DNA of 64,000 nt from Escherichia coli (GCF_022846255.1 NZ_AP025682.1); one strand, 5' to 3'. Positions 31,122 to 42,247 are shown, counted from the stretch's first letter. A program made the numbers and translations. The notes: generated by a model from the sequence alone, not told the origin.

Positions 31122-31144
31122 TCGTACAGGGTAGTACAAATAAA

Positions 31145-31176
31145 GAAGGCACGTCAGATGACGTGCCTTTTTTCTT
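31145..31176 (+). terminator. rho-independent terminator downstream of aspA
   Basis: Hairpin AAGGCACGTCA-GAT-GACGTGCCTT followed by TTTTCTT. Confidence 0.7.
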
Positions 31177-31238
31177 GTGAGCAGTAACTTAAAAATAACA
31201 ATCTAATATCAACTTGTTAAAAAACAAGGAAGGCTAAT

Positions 31239-32540
31239 ATGCTAGTTGTAGAACTCATCATAGTTTTGCTGGCGATCTTCTTGGGCGCCAGATTGGGGGG
31301 AATAGGTATTGGTTTTGCAGGCGGATTGGGGGTGCTGGTTCTTGCCGCTATTGGCGTTAAACCCGGTAACATCCCGTTCGATGTCATTTCCATTATCATG
31401 GCGGTTATCGCCGCTATTTCTGCCATGCAGGTTGCTGGCGGTCTGGACTATCTGGTTCATCAGACAGAAAAGCTGCTGCGCCGTAACCCGAAATACATCA
31501 CGATCCTCGCACCGATCGTGACCTATTTCCTGACTATCTTTGCTGGTACTGGCAACATCTCTCTGGCGACACTGCCAGTTATCGCTGAAGTTGCGAAGGA
31601 ACAAGGCGTTAAACCTTGCCGTCCGCTGTCTACTGCAGTGGTATCCGCGCAGATTGCGATCACCGCATCGCCAATCTCAGCAGCAGTGGTTTACATGTCT
31701 TCCGTGATGGAAGGTCATGGCATCAGCTACCTCCATCTGCTCTCCGTGGTCATCCCGTCCACCCTGCTGGCGGTTCTGGTGATGTCCTTCCTGGTCACTA
31801 TGCTGTTCAACTCCAAACTCTCTGACGATCCGATTTATCGCAAGCGTCTGGAAGAGGGCCTGGTTGAACTGCGCGGTGAAAAGCAGATTGAAATCAAATC
31901 CGGTGCAAAAACGTCCGTCTGGCTATTCCTGCTGGGCGTAGTTGGCGTGGTTATCTATGCAATCATCAACAGCCCAAGCATGGGTCTGGTTGAAAAACCG
32001 CTGATGAACACCACCAACGCAATCCTGATCATCATGCTCAGCGTTGCAACTCTGACCACCGTTATCTGTAAAGTCGATACCGACAACATCCTCAACTCCA
32101 GCACCTTCAAAGCAGGTATGAGCGCCTGTATTTGTATCCTGGGTGTTGCGTGGCTGGGCGATACTTTCGTTTCCAACAACATCGACTGGATCAAAGATAC
32201 CGCTGGTGAAGTGATTCAGGGTCATCCGTGGCTGCTGGCCGTCATCTTCTTCTTTGCTTCTGCTCTGCTGTACTCTCAGGCTGCAACCGCAAAAGCACTG
32301 ATGCCGATGGCTCTGGCACTGAACGTTTCTCCTCTGACCGCTGTTGCTTCTTTCGCTGCGGTGTCTGGTCTGTTCATTCTGCCGACCTACCCGACGCTGG
32401 TTGCTGCGGTACAGATGGATGACACGGGTACTACCCGTATCGGTAAATTCGTCTTCAACCATCCGTTCTTCATCCCGGGTACTCTGGGTGTTGCCCTGGC
32501 CGTTTGCTTCGGCTTCGTGCTGGGTAGCTTCATGCTGTAA
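31239..32540 (+). CDS. dcuA: anaerobic C4-dicarboxylate transporter DcuA
   Basis: 433-aa polytopic membrane ORF MLVVELIIVLLAIFLGARLGGIGIGFAGGLGVLVLA... Confidence 0.9.
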   Translation: MLVVELIIVLLAIFLGARLGGIGIGFAGGLGVLVLAAIGVKPGNIPFDVISIIMAVIAAISAMQVAGGLDYLVHQTEKLLRRNPKYITILAPIVTYFLTIFAGTGNISLATLPVIAEVAKEQGVKPCRPLSTAVVSAQIAITASPISAAVVYMSSVMEGHGISYLHLLSVVIPSTLLAVLVMSFLVTMLFNSKLSDDPIYRKRLEEGLVELRGEKQIEIKSGAKTSVWLFLLGVVGVVIYAIINSPSMGLVEKPLMNTTNAILIIMLSVATLTTVICKVDTDNILNSSTFKAGMSACICILGVAWLGDTFVSNNIDWIKDTAGEVIQGHPWLLAVIFFFASALLYSQAATAKALMPMALALNVSPLTAVASFAAVSGLFILPTYPTLVAAVQMDDTGTTRIGKFVFNHPFFIPGTLGVALAVCFGFVLGSFML

Positions 32541-32547
32541 TGACCCA

Positions 32548-32578
32548 TCGCGGGGCGTTCACGCCCCGCTTTCTTTCC
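32548..32578 (+). terminator. rho-independent terminator downstream of dcuA
   Basis: Hairpin GCGGGGCG-TTCA-CGCCCCGC followed by TTTCTTT. Confidence 0.6.
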
Positions 32579-32655
32579 CGCCGACTAACATCCTTCCCCC
32601 GTCCGTTGTATAGTGACCTCTCTCTTGCGGTTCCATCTGTTCTTGCGAGGTGTTT

Positions 32656-32994
32656 ATGCTTGATGAAAAAAGTTCGAATACCGCGTCTGTCGTGGTGCTA
32701 TGTACGGCACCGGATGAAGCGACAGCCCAGGATTTAGCCGCCAAAGTGCTGGCGGAAAAACTGGCGGCCTGCGCGACCTTGATCCCCGGCGCTACCTCTC
32801 TCTATTACTGGGAAGGTAAGCTGGAGCAAGAATACGAAGTGCAGATGATTTTAAAAACTACCGTATCTCTCCAGCAGGCACTGCTGGAATGCCTGAAGTC
32901 TCATCATCCATATCAAACCCCGGAACTTCTGGTTTTACCTGTTACACACGGAGACACAGATTACCTCTCATGGCTCAACGCATCTTTACGCTGA
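32656..32994 (+). CDS. cutA: divalent-cation tolerance protein CutA
   Basis: ORF track 32650..32994; product [55 protein letters not shown]... Confidence 0.85.
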   Translation: MLDEKSSNTASVVVLCTAPDEATAQDLAAKVLAEKLAACATLIPGATSLYYWEGKLEQEYEVQMILKTTVSLQQALLECLKSHHPYQTPELLVLPVTHGDTDYLSWLNASLR

Positions 32995-34667
32995 TCCTGC
33001 TACTTTGCAGCACTTCCGTTTTTGCCGGATTATTCGACGCGCCGGGACGTTCACAATTTGTCCCCGCGGATCAAGCCTTTGCTTTTGATTTTCAGCAAAA
33101 CCAACATGACCTGAATCTGACCTGGCAGATCAAAGACGGTTACTACCTCTACCGTAAACAGGTCCGCATTACGCCGGAACACGCGAAAATTGCCGACGTG
33201 CAGCTGCCGCAAGGCGTCTGGCATGAAGATGAGTTTTACGGCAAAAGCGAGATTTACCGCGATCGGCTGACACTTCCCGTCACCATCAACCAGGCGAGTG
33301 CGGGAGCGACGTTAACTGTCACCTACCAGGGCTGTGCTGATGCCGGTTTCTGTTATCCGCCAGAAACCAAAACCGTTCCGTTAAGCGAAGTGGTCGTCAA
33401 CAACTCAGCGCCACAGCCTGTGTCTGTTCCGCAGCAAGAGCAGCCCACCGCGCAATTGCCCTTTTCCGCGCTCTGGGCGTTGTTGATCGGTATTGGTATC
33501 GCCTTTACGCCATGCGTGCTGCCAATGTACCCACTGATTTCTGGTATCGTGCTGGGCGGTAAACAGCGGCTCTCCACTGCCAGAGCATTGTTGCTGACCT
33601 TTATTTATGTGCAGGGGATGGCGCTGACTTACACGGCACTGGGTCTGGTGGTTGCCGCCGCAGGGTTACAGTTCCAGGCGGCGCTACAGCACCCATACGT
33701 GCTCATTGGCCTCGCTATCGTCTTTACCTTGCTGGCGATGTCAATGTTTGGCTTGTTTACTCTGCAACTCCCCTCTTCGCTGCAAACACGTCTCACGCTG
33801 ATGAGCAATCGCCAACAGGGCGGCTCACCTGGCGGTGTGTTTGTTATGGGGGCGATTGCCGGACTGATCTGTTCACCATGCACCACCGCACCGCTTAGCG
33901 CGATTCTGCTGTATATCGCCCAAAGCGGGAACATGTTGCTGGGGGGCGGCACGCTTTATCTCTATGCGTTGGGCATGGGCCTGCCGCTGATGCTAATAAC
34001 CGTCTTTGGTAACCGCCTGCTGCCGAAAAGCGGCCCGTGGATGGAACAAGTCAAAACCGCGTTTGGTTTTGTGATCTTCGCACTGCCGGTCTTCCTGCTG
34101 GAGCGAGTGATTGGTGATATATGGGGATTACGCTTGTGGTCGGCGCTTGGTGTCGCATTCTTTGGCTGGGCCTTTATCACCAGCCTACAGGCCAAACGCG
34201 GCTGGATGCGCGTGGTGCAAATAATCCTGCTGGCAGCGGCATTGGTTAGCGTGCGCCCACTTCAGGATTGGGCATTTGGTGCGACGCATACCGCGCAAAC
34301 TCAGACGCATCTCAACTTTACACAAATCAAAACGGTAGATGAGTTAAATCAGGCGCTCGTTGAAGCCAAAGGCAAACCAGTGATGTTAGATCTCTATGCC
34401 GACTGGTGCGTCGCCTGTAAAGAGTTTGAGAAATACACCTTCAGCGACCCGCAGGTGCAAAAAGCGTTAGCAGACACGGTCTTACTTCAGGCTAACGTCA
34501 CTGCCAACGACGCCCAAGATGTGGCGCTGTTAAAGCATCTTAATGTCCTTGGCCTACCGACAATTCTCTTTTTTGACGGACAAGGCCAGGAGCATCCACA
34601 AGCACGCGTCACGGGCTTTATGGATGCTGAAACCTTCAGCGCACATTTGCGCGATCGCCAACCGTGA
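32970..34667 (+). CDS. dsbD: thiol:disulfide interchange protein DsbD (DipZ)
   Basis: ORF track 32889..34667; product from [19 protein letters not shown]...; C-terminal thioredoxin CVAC motif ([10 protein letters not shown]); overlaps cutA 3' end. Confidence 0.88.
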   Translation: MAQRIFTLILLLCSTSVFAGLFDAPGRSQFVPADQAFAFDFQQNQHDLNLTWQIKDGYYLYRKQVRITPEHAKIADVQLPQGVWHEDEFYGKSEIYRDRLTLPVTINQASAGATLTVTYQGCADAGFCYPPETKTVPLSEVVVNNSAPQPVSVPQQEQPTAQLPFSALWALLIGIGIAFTPCVLPMYPLISGIVLGGKQRLSTARALLLTFIYVQGMALTYTALGLVVAAAGLQFQAALQHPYVLIGLAIVFTLLAMSMFGLFTLQLPSSLQTRLTLMSNRQQGGSPGGVFVMGAIAGLICSPCTTAPLSAILLYIAQSGNMLLGGGTLYLYALGMGLPLMLITVFGNRLLPKSGPWMEQVKTAFGFVIFALPVFLLERVIGDIWGLRLWSALGVAFFGWAFITSLQAKRGWMRVVQIILLAAALVSVRPLQDWAFGATHTAQTQTHLNFTQIKTVDELNQALVEAKGKPVMLDLYADWCVACKEFEKYTFSDPQVQKALADTVLLQANVTANDAQDVALLKHLNVLGLPTILFFDGQGQEHPQARVTGFMDAETFSAHLRDRQP

Positions 34668-34703
34668 ACGACACTTGCAGTGGGAAAGACGGAGGAAAAT
34701 AGC

Positions 34704-35279
34704 GTGCAACGTGAAGATGTACTGGGAGAAGCCCTGAAATTATTAGAATTACAAGGGATTGCCAACACCACGCTGGAGATGGTTGCTGAACGTGTGGATT
34801 ATCCACTGGACGAGCTACGCCGCTTCTGGCCAGACAAAGAGGCAATCCTCTACGATGCGCTGCGTTATCTTAGCCAACAGATAGATGTCTGGCGTCGTCA
34901 GCTGATGCTGGACGAAACGCAAACCGCCGAACAAAAGTTGCTGGCACGTTATCAGGCGTTATCGGAGTGCGTTAAAAACAACCGCTATCCGGGCTGTCTG
35001 TTTATCGCTGCCTGTACGTTTTATCCCGATCCTGGCCACCCTATTCATCAACTGGCCGATCAGCAAAAAAGCGCGGCCTACGATTTCACCCACGAACTGT
35101 TAACCACGCTGGAAGTTGACGATCCGGCGATGGTAGCAAAGCAGATGGAACTGGTGCTGGAAGGCTGTTTAAGCCGAATGCTGGTGAATCGTAGCCACGC
35201 GGATGTCGACACCGCACATCGGCTGGCAGAAGATATCCTGCGCTTCGCTCGCTGCCGCCAGGGTGGCGCACTGACCTGA
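34704..35279 (+). CDS. yjdC: TetR-family transcriptional regulator YjdC
   Basis: ORF track 34680..35279; N-terminal HTH ([25 protein letters not shown]); probable GTG start. Confidence 0.75.
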   Translation: MQREDVLGEALKLLELQGIANTTLEMVAERVDYPLDELRRFWPDKEAILYDALRYLSQQIDVWRRQLMLDETQTAEQKLLARYQALSECVKNNRYPGCLFIAACTFYPDPGHPIHQLADQQKSAAYDFTHELLTTLEVDDPAMVAKQMELVLEGCLSRMLVNRSHADVDTAHRLAEDILRFARCRQGGALT

Positions 35280-35385
35280 CAGAAACACAGAAAAGAAGCG
35301 ATTTGCCGCAATCTTAAGCAGTTGAATCGCTTTTACTGAAATTAGGTTGACGAGATGTGCATATTACGGTTTAATGCGCCCCGTT

Positions 35386-35461
35386 GCCCGGATAGCTCAG
35401 TCGGTAGAGCAGGGGATTGAAAATCCCCGTGTCCTTGGTTCGATTCCGAGTCCGGGCACCA
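35386..35461 (+). tRNA. pheU: tRNA-Phe (anticodon GAA)
   Basis: GCCCGGATAGCTCAGTCGGTAGAGCAGGGGATTGAAAATCCCCGTGTCCTTGGTTCGATTCCGAGTCCGGGCACCA (76 nt); symbol by position downstream of yjdC. Confidence 0.92.
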
Positions 35462-35474
35462 AATTCATATCAAC

Positions 35475-35497
35475 GGACCTCCACGGAGGTCCGTTTT
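35475..35497 (+). terminator. hairpin terminator after tRNA-Phe
   Basis: GGACCTCC-AC-GGAGGTCC followed by GTTTTTCG. Confidence 0.55.
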
Positions 35498-35658
35498 TCG
35501 TTTCAGAACGCCACAATTTAAGCGTTCTACCTACAAATCAATTCTACCGAACTCAACCAGATTCCCCCCACATCAACCCCATTGTGTGGGTATAATTGCG
35601 GGTATACCCCAGTTCGACAGAATTTGTACCCTCTTTAACGCATTCAGAAGGCTGTACT

Positions 35659-36924
35659 ATGGCACTGACTGACGCAAAAATCCGGGCTGCAAAGCCCTCT
35701 GACAAGGCTTATAAACTCACTGACGGGGCCGGCATGTTCCTGCTGGTTCATCCTAATGGTTCCCGTTACTGGCGTCTCCGTTATCGTATTCTGGGTAAGG
35801 AGAAGACTCTGGCACTTGGTGTGTATCCAGAAGTTTCTCTCTCCGAAGCTCGTACAAAACGGGATGAGGCCCGAAAACTGATTTCAGAGGGGATTGACCC
35901 TTGCGAACAGAAAAGAGTTAAAAAAGTAGTCCCTGATTTACAGCTCTCTTTTGAACATATTGCACGACGCTGGCATGCCAGTAATAAACAATGGGCACAA
36001 TCACACAGCGATAAAGTACTCAAAAGCCTCGAGACACACGTTTTCCCCTTTATCGGCAACCGGGATATCACAACACTCAATACCCCGGACCTGCTTATTC
36101 CTGTTCGTGCTGCAGAAGCAAAACAAATTTATGAAATCGCCAGTCGTCTGCAGCAAAGAATATCTGCTGTAATGCGTTACGCCGTACAGTCTGGCATCAT
36201 CAGATATAACCCGGCTCTGGATATGGCTGGTGCATTGACCACGGTAAAAGGCCAGCATCGCCCCGCTCTGAATCTTTCACGCCTGCCTGAACTTCTGTCG
36301 CGTATTGACGGTTATAAAGGCCAGCCTGTCACCCGGCTTGCCGTTATGCTGAATTTACTGGTTTTTATTCGTTCCAGTGAACTCAGATATGCCCGCTGGT
36401 CTGAAATTGATATTGACAATGCCATGTGGACTATTCCAGCCGAACGCGAACCTCTGCCTGGCGTAAAATTCTCACACCGGGGCTCCAAGATGCGAACACC
36501 ACATCTTGTGCCACTCAGCAAACAGGCTGTAGCCATACTGACAGAACTTCAGACATGGGCTGGTGAAAATGGTCTGATCTTTACGGGAGCACATGACCCG
36601 CGTAAACCAATCAGTGAAAATACTGTAAATAAAGCCCTGAGGGTGATGGGATATGACACAACCCGGGAAGTCTGTGGCCATGGATTCCGGGCGATGGCAT
36701 GCAGTGCATTGATTGAATCAGGTTTGTGGTCCCGCGATGCAGTGGAACGTCAGATGAGTCATCAGGAGCGTAATGGTGTACGTGCTGCGTATATCCATAA
36801 AGCAGAACATCTGGAAGAACGTCGACTGATGCTACAGTGGTGGGCAGATTTTCTGGATGCAAACAGAGAAAGATTTATCAGTCCATTTGAATATGCAAAG
36901 ATTAATAACCCATTAAAACAGTAA
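35659..36924 (+). CDS. int: P4-type (tyrosine recombinase) integrase of the tRNA-Phe island
   Basis: ORF track 35596..36924; N-terminus MALTDAKIRAAKPSDKAYKLTDGAGMFLLVHPNGSRYWRLRYRILGKEKTLALGVYPEVSLSEAR typical of P4-like integrases; C-terminal catalytic region with HGFRAMACS...ERQMSHQ; starts ~200 bp after the tRNA 3' end. Confidence 0.85.
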   Translation: MALTDAKIRAAKPSDKAYKLTDGAGMFLLVHPNGSRYWRLRYRILGKEKTLALGVYPEVSLSEARTKRDEARKLISEGIDPCEQKRVKKVVPDLQLSFEHIARRWHASNKQWAQSHSDKVLKSLETHVFPFIGNRDITTLNTPDLLIPVRAAEAKQIYEIASRLQQRISAVMRYAVQSGIIRYNPALDMAGALTTVKGQHRPALNLSRLPELLSRIDGYKGQPVTRLAVMLNLLVFIRSSELRYARWSEIDIDNAMWTIPAEREPLPGVKFSHRGSKMRTPHLVPLSKQAVAILTELQTWAGENGLIFTGAHDPRKPISENTVNKALRVMGYDTTREVCGHGFRAMACSALIESGLWSRDAVERQMSHQERNGVRAAYIHKAEHLEERRLMLQWWADFLDANRERFISPFEYAKINNPLKQ

Positions 36925-37218
36925 TCATCCCGGGCAAATGCCCGGGAATCTACTCCAGGATTATTTTCTTTGTTAAAAAAACAGACAAAACGGTATTAAC
37001 TTCGTAAGCGTACAGCGAGGGCCTTATTAGCGAGGAAGATTTCTCTTGTAGGTAGTAATGTAACCCAAAGATAACGGCTTCTTTAAACTTTTGGGCAGCA
37101 ACATTTATAATCTCATGGCTACTTTTCACTGCCAGGCTGATTTAAACACAACCATTTTATGTTGGTAAATCAACAAAGGGGACATATAGCCCCCTTCTTT
37201 CATCAGGTTAATTTTCCA

Positions 37219-37731
37219 TCAGTCGGTCCAAGTAGTTAATTCAAAGGTTGTCCGGTAGACTCCTGGAACCAATGTCTGGTCTCCGAGGATTTTTGCAGTT
37301 ATTCGACTTGTTGTCCCAACAACAAATGGAGCGAATCCGGCTCCACTACCTACCTTCACCCCATTAGCAAGGTTATCCCCTGCGTAGTTGTGAATCGGTG
37401 CGCCGTATGAACTAAGGTACGCTTTTGCAGTATGACCATCTGGCCCGGTAAAACTGAATGGCGCCTTCAACGGTCCTGGCGAAGTCTCTCCTTGAGGATT
37501 GCGGAGTTTTCCGAATGTTGGTGTTCCCCTGGTTTGAGTCATATCAAGGTGCCCCCAAACCTCACCATCTTTTGCATTTGTAGTCGTTGGCCCAGCGTCG
37601 ACCCAATCTATTGTGAATTCAGCATCTGATTCAACTGTATGAGTGGCTGTTACTGTCACAGCATGGCAAGTTAGCGCCATTGTTATACCTGCAATGACAC
37701 TGCTTGCGATAGCTATTTTCTTTAAATTCAT
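37219..37731 (-). CDS. secreted fimbrial/afimbrial adhesin subunit (AfaE-like, last gene of the chaperone-usher operon)
   Basis: 170-aa ORF with signal peptide MNLKKIAIASSVIAGITMALTCHA; position after afaD-like gene matches the afaE slot; sequence itself not recognised as a known AfaE variant. Confidence 0.5.
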   Translation of the reverse strand: MNLKKIAIASSVIAGITMALTCHAVTVTATHTVESDAEFTIDWVDAGPTTTNAKDGEVWGHLDMTQTRGTPTFGKLRNPQGETSPGPLKAPFSFTGPDGHTAKAYLSSYGAPIHNYAGDNLANGVKVGSGAGFAPFVVGTTSRITAKILGDQTLVPGVYRTTFELTTWTD

Positions 37732-38025
37732 ACCTTATCCTTATACTTGGTTATAATAAATGGCAAAACATATTTCTATAATACTGCTTCACCACAATAA
37801 ACACTGGCCCGCTATTTAAATACCCTGCAGGAAAACACGAATACATTAAGTCCCCCAACAGGACACATATAAATATTTAAATGCTTCCACCAGTGATATT
37901 TTAATGTACAGTCAACTACAACAGTAGCTGCCCGTTCATTAAACTTAACGTTCAATATATTTTCACAGATACTTAGCTACATATGTTCCATAACAGACGT
38001 CCACTTTTTGATGAAAAGGTGGACA

Positions 38026-38071
38026 CTGCATCACCAATACAAGTTTAACTGCATCACCAATACAAGTTTAA
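38026..38071. repeat. perfect tandem duplication of a 23-bp unit (CTGCATCACCAATACAAGTTTAA x2)
   Basis: Seen directly in the AT-rich spacer between the afaD-like and afaE-like genes. Confidence 0.8.
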
Positions 38072-38288
38072 TGGCTACATACGGCACTCAGTTTACACTT
38101 ACATTACATATGCATTTTAACACATCAACTATAACACCTTTATTTAAGTCTGTTGTGGACCATAGAATATGGTAAATTACAACAAGCAAAATAAAGTTAT
38201 ACATGCTTTTATAAAATAACATGCTATTTTAGAGGGCAGCCATTGACAACTGAATAGTTACTTTATTAGCATAAAGAAATTATGAATA

Positions 38289-38708
38289 TTATGAGCATTC
38301 TCCGCTAACTGATAATATATATTCATCAGGCCCAAGCAGCTGATTTCCGTCAATCACAACATCAAATGTATGCTGCTCAGGTATCCCGGTACTGACCATA
38401 CCTTGCCCATCACTTACCGATGGCAACCATCCTGCGCCATCCAACCTAACCCGCATTTCATTATGACTGTCATGTCTACCCAGTATAATATAGTGACCAG
38501 GAATATTTCCCATTTGTCTGCTATTCATCCAGATATGAAAACTTGTATAGGTGCCTCGGCAGATAATCCTTCCTGTTGCCACCTTCGTACCGTCTTTTAA
38601 CTCGCCACTCCTTCCATCACTGGTATTAAGACTCAGTTCAACTGCCTGCGCCAGACTGGATATAACCACCAGTACAATACCACTACATACTATCTGTATT
38701 TTCTTCAT
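38289..38708 (-). CDS. afaD: AfaD/DraD-family invasin-like subunit
   Basis: 139-aa ORF; strings DGTKVATGRIICRGTYTSFHIWMNSRQ, EMRVRLDGAGW and FDVVIDGNQLLGPDEYILSVSGEC match my recollection of AfaD (GAKVATGRIICRE..GFHVWMNERQ.., FDV..DGNQ..PGEY..SV.G.C). Confidence 0.65.
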   Translation of the reverse strand: MKKIQIVCSGIVLVVISSLAQAVELSLNTSDGRSGELKDGTKVATGRIICRGTYTSFHIWMNSRQMGNIPGHYIILGRHDSHNEMRVRLDGAGWLPSVSDGQGMVSTGIPEQHTFDVVIDGNQLLGPDEYILSVSGECS

Positions 38709-38723
38709 CAGGGTACTCCTTGG

Positions 38724-41312
38724 TCACATACACACAGTGCGCACCAGAAAAATACCAGTTGCTTCTTTCTCCTCTGGAAGTCGATAATTTGCACGGCAAG
38801 AACTGTTACGCCCCCATTGAACCTTCAACTGTCCGGTTTCATCCAGTCCGCTCAAATACACCTCTCCATTATCCCCCACAACCCCTGCCCCACCAGGCAT
38901 TTGACCTTTCTTTCCTTCCTCTGTCACCACAGCTCCAAAAGGCAGGCGAGAGCCGTCACTACGTGACAGAGTTATCAGTGCTCTTCCCCCTACTCGAGTG
39001 ATAAACTTCGCCCGAACCACGGCTCCCTTTGTAGGAACAACACGAGTATCTGTCTGTGATACTTCCACATTTTCCGGGAAAGTTGTCGGATCCAGTGTAA
39101 TAAGATTTTCTTGGTATGGAGATACATGATTCACAAGAGTGTAACCTCTGGTATCGGTCCTAACGCCAGGCAAACTCCCAACTGAAGCGCCATTAACTCC
39201 AGGTGCTACAACCAGAGCAACCGTATCCTCTCCTTTCTGACCAAGAGTGATACCTTCATTGTGGAGCACCATACCTCCTGATATACCAGCACTCATCTGG
39301 CGAATATGACTGCTGTAACTGTACATCCCCGCCAACTCACCATAGGTACCAAACCACCTCAAATTCAGTCGGCTACTGTCTACATTATTTTCACTTCCGG
39401 GAGCTATCCGCTCACTCACATCCCAATACAACCTACGGTCAAATGCGCGACCATTCAAACCGGTTTCGTACCAAGTATTCTGCCCCGTAGTTCTTTGCGT
39501 TTGAGTTGTAACATTAATATCGTTATCTCTACCCCCAATCCACTGCCCCAGAGGAATATTCATCCACAGATTGATACTATCCTCTATATGCCCTCTCTGA
39601 TAATATGCATTTGTACTATAGTTACGTGACCAATTAACGTACCACGAAATATTCTTCCATGACGTTCCATATGACATGCCGAAAGAATCCTGCTTCTGTC
39701 GGTTATGACGGAACTCATCACGGCTACCGTAAAGGCTCATATACCCCAGAGATCCCAGAGACTGATTAAGGCGTAATGTTGTCCGGCGACTCCTGTCCCC
39801 ACTATAACTATATGCACGAAAGTTATCATTTCTAAATGTACTCAGCACATCGGACAATGTGTGGAAGCCTGAGGACGTATACTGATATCTCGCCGCTGTC
39901 AAATCTGTATTCGTAAGTTCAAATGACTTGTTGTAACGCAGACGCCATGTCTCTCCCGTCTCCGTATCCCGTCCCTTCTGCTGACCGCGGGAATGAATGC
40001 CGTCAACCGACACCGCCCCCAGTCTGCCCATTGACCATCCCAGCCCCAGAGCCGCTGACTGATAATGCGATGACATCTGTGCTCCCCCGAAGGCCGTCAG
40101 CCCCCATGGCAGACCATACATGACACTCATCTGCCCCAGCGGTGAATGCTCAACAGCATCATCTGAAGAACGGTACTCCCCCCCGGCAATGCTGTACTTC
40201 ATATATCCCTCACGAAGCGCAATGGCCGGTGTGGTGTAAGGCACCGTAAACACCTGAGCAGTACCATCAGATTCCTGTACCGTTACCTGAAGGTCTCCAC
40301 CTGACCCCGTCAGCGGCAGGTCCGTCAGGGCAAATGCGCCCGGGGCCACCGTCCGGCTGTCAATCAGATAACCATTCTGGCGCACCTCAATCCTGGCCTG
40401 GGTCCGGGCAATACCTCTGACCACCGGCGCAAATTCACGCTGGTTATAAGGCACCATGCTCTCATCTGACCCCAGCATCACCCCACGGAACGGCACACTG
40501 TCAAAAATGTCTGAAGGCGTGTAATCCTCACCCAGCGTCAGACGACTTCTGAGACTGTTAATCCCCCGCTCCGCACGAATATAGGCACTCTCCCACTGCC
40601 CCGGCTGACCGGATGACCTGTTCCAGGTTGTCAGGTTACGCACCCGCCAGGGACCAAGATTAATGCCCGGCTCAAGAGTGACCCAGTAATTGTCAGTAAC
40701 CGATTTCCCGTATCCACGATATTCTGAACGACTGGTATTTGCCTGCCAGTTCAGCAGAAAAGCAGGAATACCATCATCCCATAAGGCCTCCGGCGCTATC
40801 CCCCTCAGTGGCGGGCGCAGGGCCACCTGAGGAATACTCAGCAGCAACTGCTGTGACGCAAACTGGTATGTTTCCGTGGCCTGTGGAATAACGGATAACT
40901 CAGCACAGGCGTCAGCTTCCTTTCCGTCATCCCCGTGAAACAACTCCGGATATTCCTCCGTCATGACACCATAGCGGGCCAGCATTTCCCGGGTCAGACA
41001 GGTTTTCAGATAAGTCTTACCCTCCGCATCTTTCTCCGTACGGAACGCCATGTCCCGCGAATCCACCCGCGAACCGTTCAGGATAATATCAACCGGATAG
41101 ATACCGGGCAGTTGGGCACCTTCTTCAAACAACGTCAGGTCCACCCCCTTTCCGCCACCTTTAAGCATGGAAGCATCAAAGGAGTATGTGCGGGCCTCAG
41201 TATTCCCGGTGTAAAGAAGGGTACAGGCCGCCATCACAGAGAGAGCAACCGCTGTAATTTTTGTTTTTACGCAATATAAAGATAAACCTGAAGATGACTT
41301 ATTCCTGTGCAT
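38724..41312 (-). CDS. afaC: fimbrial outer-membrane usher protein
   Basis: 862-aa ORF with signal peptide and usher N-terminal signature (FDASMLKGGGKGVDLTLFEEGAQLPGIYPVDIILNG); symbol by synteny with afaD-like gene. Confidence 0.8.
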   Translation of the reverse strand: MHRNKSSSGLSLYCVKTKITAVALSVMAACTLLYTGNTEARTYSFDASMLKGGGKGVDLTLFEEGAQLPGIYPVDIILNGSRVDSRDMAFRTEKDAEGKTYLKTCLTREMLARYGVMTEEYPELFHGDDGKEADACAELSVIPQATETYQFASQQLLLSIPQVALRPPLRGIAPEALWDDGIPAFLLNWQANTSRSEYRGYGKSVTDNYWVTLEPGINLGPWRVRNLTTWNRSSGQPGQWESAYIRAERGINSLRSRLTLGEDYTPSDIFDSVPFRGVMLGSDESMVPYNQREFAPVVRGIARTQARIEVRQNGYLIDSRTVAPGAFALTDLPLTGSGGDLQVTVQESDGTAQVFTVPYTTPAIALREGYMKYSIAGGEYRSSDDAVEHSPLGQMSVMYGLPWGLTAFGGAQMSSHYQSAALGLGWSMGRLGAVSVDGIHSRGQQKGRDTETGETWRLRYNKSFELTNTDLTAARYQYTSSGFHTLSDVLSTFRNDNFRAYSYSGDRSRRTTLRLNQSLGSLGYMSLYGSRDEFRHNRQKQDSFGMSYGTSWKNISWYVNWSRNYSTNAYYQRGHIEDSINLWMNIPLGQWIGGRDNDINVTTQTQRTTGQNTWYETGLNGRAFDRRLYWDVSERIAPGSENNVDSSRLNLRWFGTYGELAGMYSYSSHIRQMSAGISGGMVLHNEGITLGQKGEDTVALVVAPGVNGASVGSLPGVRTDTRGYTLVNHVSPYQENLITLDPTTFPENVEVSQTDTRVVPTKGAVVRAKFITRVGGRALITLSRSDGSRLPFGAVVTEEGKKGQMPGGAGVVGDNGEVYLSGLDETGQLKVQWGRNSSCRANYRLPEEKEATGIFLVRTVCM

Positions 41313-41479
41313 TATTCACACCTGAGCCACGGTTTCTTTTTATTTACATATGCCGGAGGATATACACACGTATTTGTGCGTTTGCACGCCTATTCACACA
41401 CACTTATTTCACACACGCTCAGTATTCAACCGGGTTAATCAAATAAGCCCGCCGCTGACGTTAATATTTATTCCGGCTT

Positions 41480-42247
41480 TCAGCTTTTTAATTCCGATTC
41501 AAACGGCTTACTCTTTCCGCCGTAATCCGTAATCACTGTCCAGCTGACTTTTCCTGATGCACCAGAAGGAATTTCATATTCGTAAGAGGAGTACGGAGAA
41601 ATATAACGATGCTCCTTAACCTCTTTCCCACCAACGCTCAGCTCTGAAATATTAATATAAAATGGTGTCGGGTTATTCCCTTTCAGTTTATTACCTGATT
41701 TTGTCCACTCCACTTTTCCGCCTGCATCCTCCGGACGCCCTTTAACCGCAGGCGGACGAACAAACAGCTTCACACAACTGCTGACGGAAAGATTTACCTG
41801 CAGGGTTGCCTTGTCAGCTTTCTTTTTATCAGCACCTTTCTCTTCTGCCCATCGGTCATCATGCTTTGGCGGAATGCCTTTCACACAAAGCCACTGCAGA
41901 CTCTCACGGTCCTCAGGAAAAACACCCCCGGTACGGACAATTCGCAAACGGCTCGACTGAAGTGCATCCAGACGGAAAAGCGGCGGCGTCACCACAAAGG
42001 GGGCCGGGTCCTTCTGATTCTCTGCCAGCACCTCTGACTGAACCAGCATCGGATAATCCAGGTCATTCATTACCGTCAGTGAGGCCCCCGATGAATCCAG
42101 GTTGTAAAACACCCTTGTGGCCCCCAGATGCAGGGAAAAAACCTTTGACGTAGTCTTCGTGCTTTCCTGGTTTCCGGCTGCCATTACGCCGGAAGCCGGC
42201 AACCCCGCCAGTATGCCAACGAGCGCTGCAAGATGTCTGATTTTCAT
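41480..42247 (-). CDS. afaB: periplasmic pilus chaperone (PapD-like)
   Basis: 255-aa ORF with signal peptide and conserved chaperone core (PFVVTPPLFRLDALQSSRLRIV); symbol by synteny. Confidence 0.8.
   Translation of the reverse strand: MKIRHLAALVGILAGLPASGVMAAGNQESTKTTSKVFSLHLGATRVFYNLDSSGASLTVMNDLDYPMLVQSEVLAENQKDPAPFVVTPPLFRLDALQSSRLRIVRTGGVFPEDRESLQWLCVKGIPPKHDDRWAEEKGADKKKADKATLQVNLSVSSCVKLFVRPPAVKGRPEDAGGKVEWTKSGNKLKGNNPTPFYINISELSVGGKEVKEHRYISPYSSYEYEIPSGASGKVSWTVITDYGGKSKPFESELKS

Noticed and set aside
29688-31139. 483-aa minus-strand ORF antisense to aspA
   Set aside because: Shadow ORF; aspA on the plus strand has the recognisable fumarase/aspartase signature.
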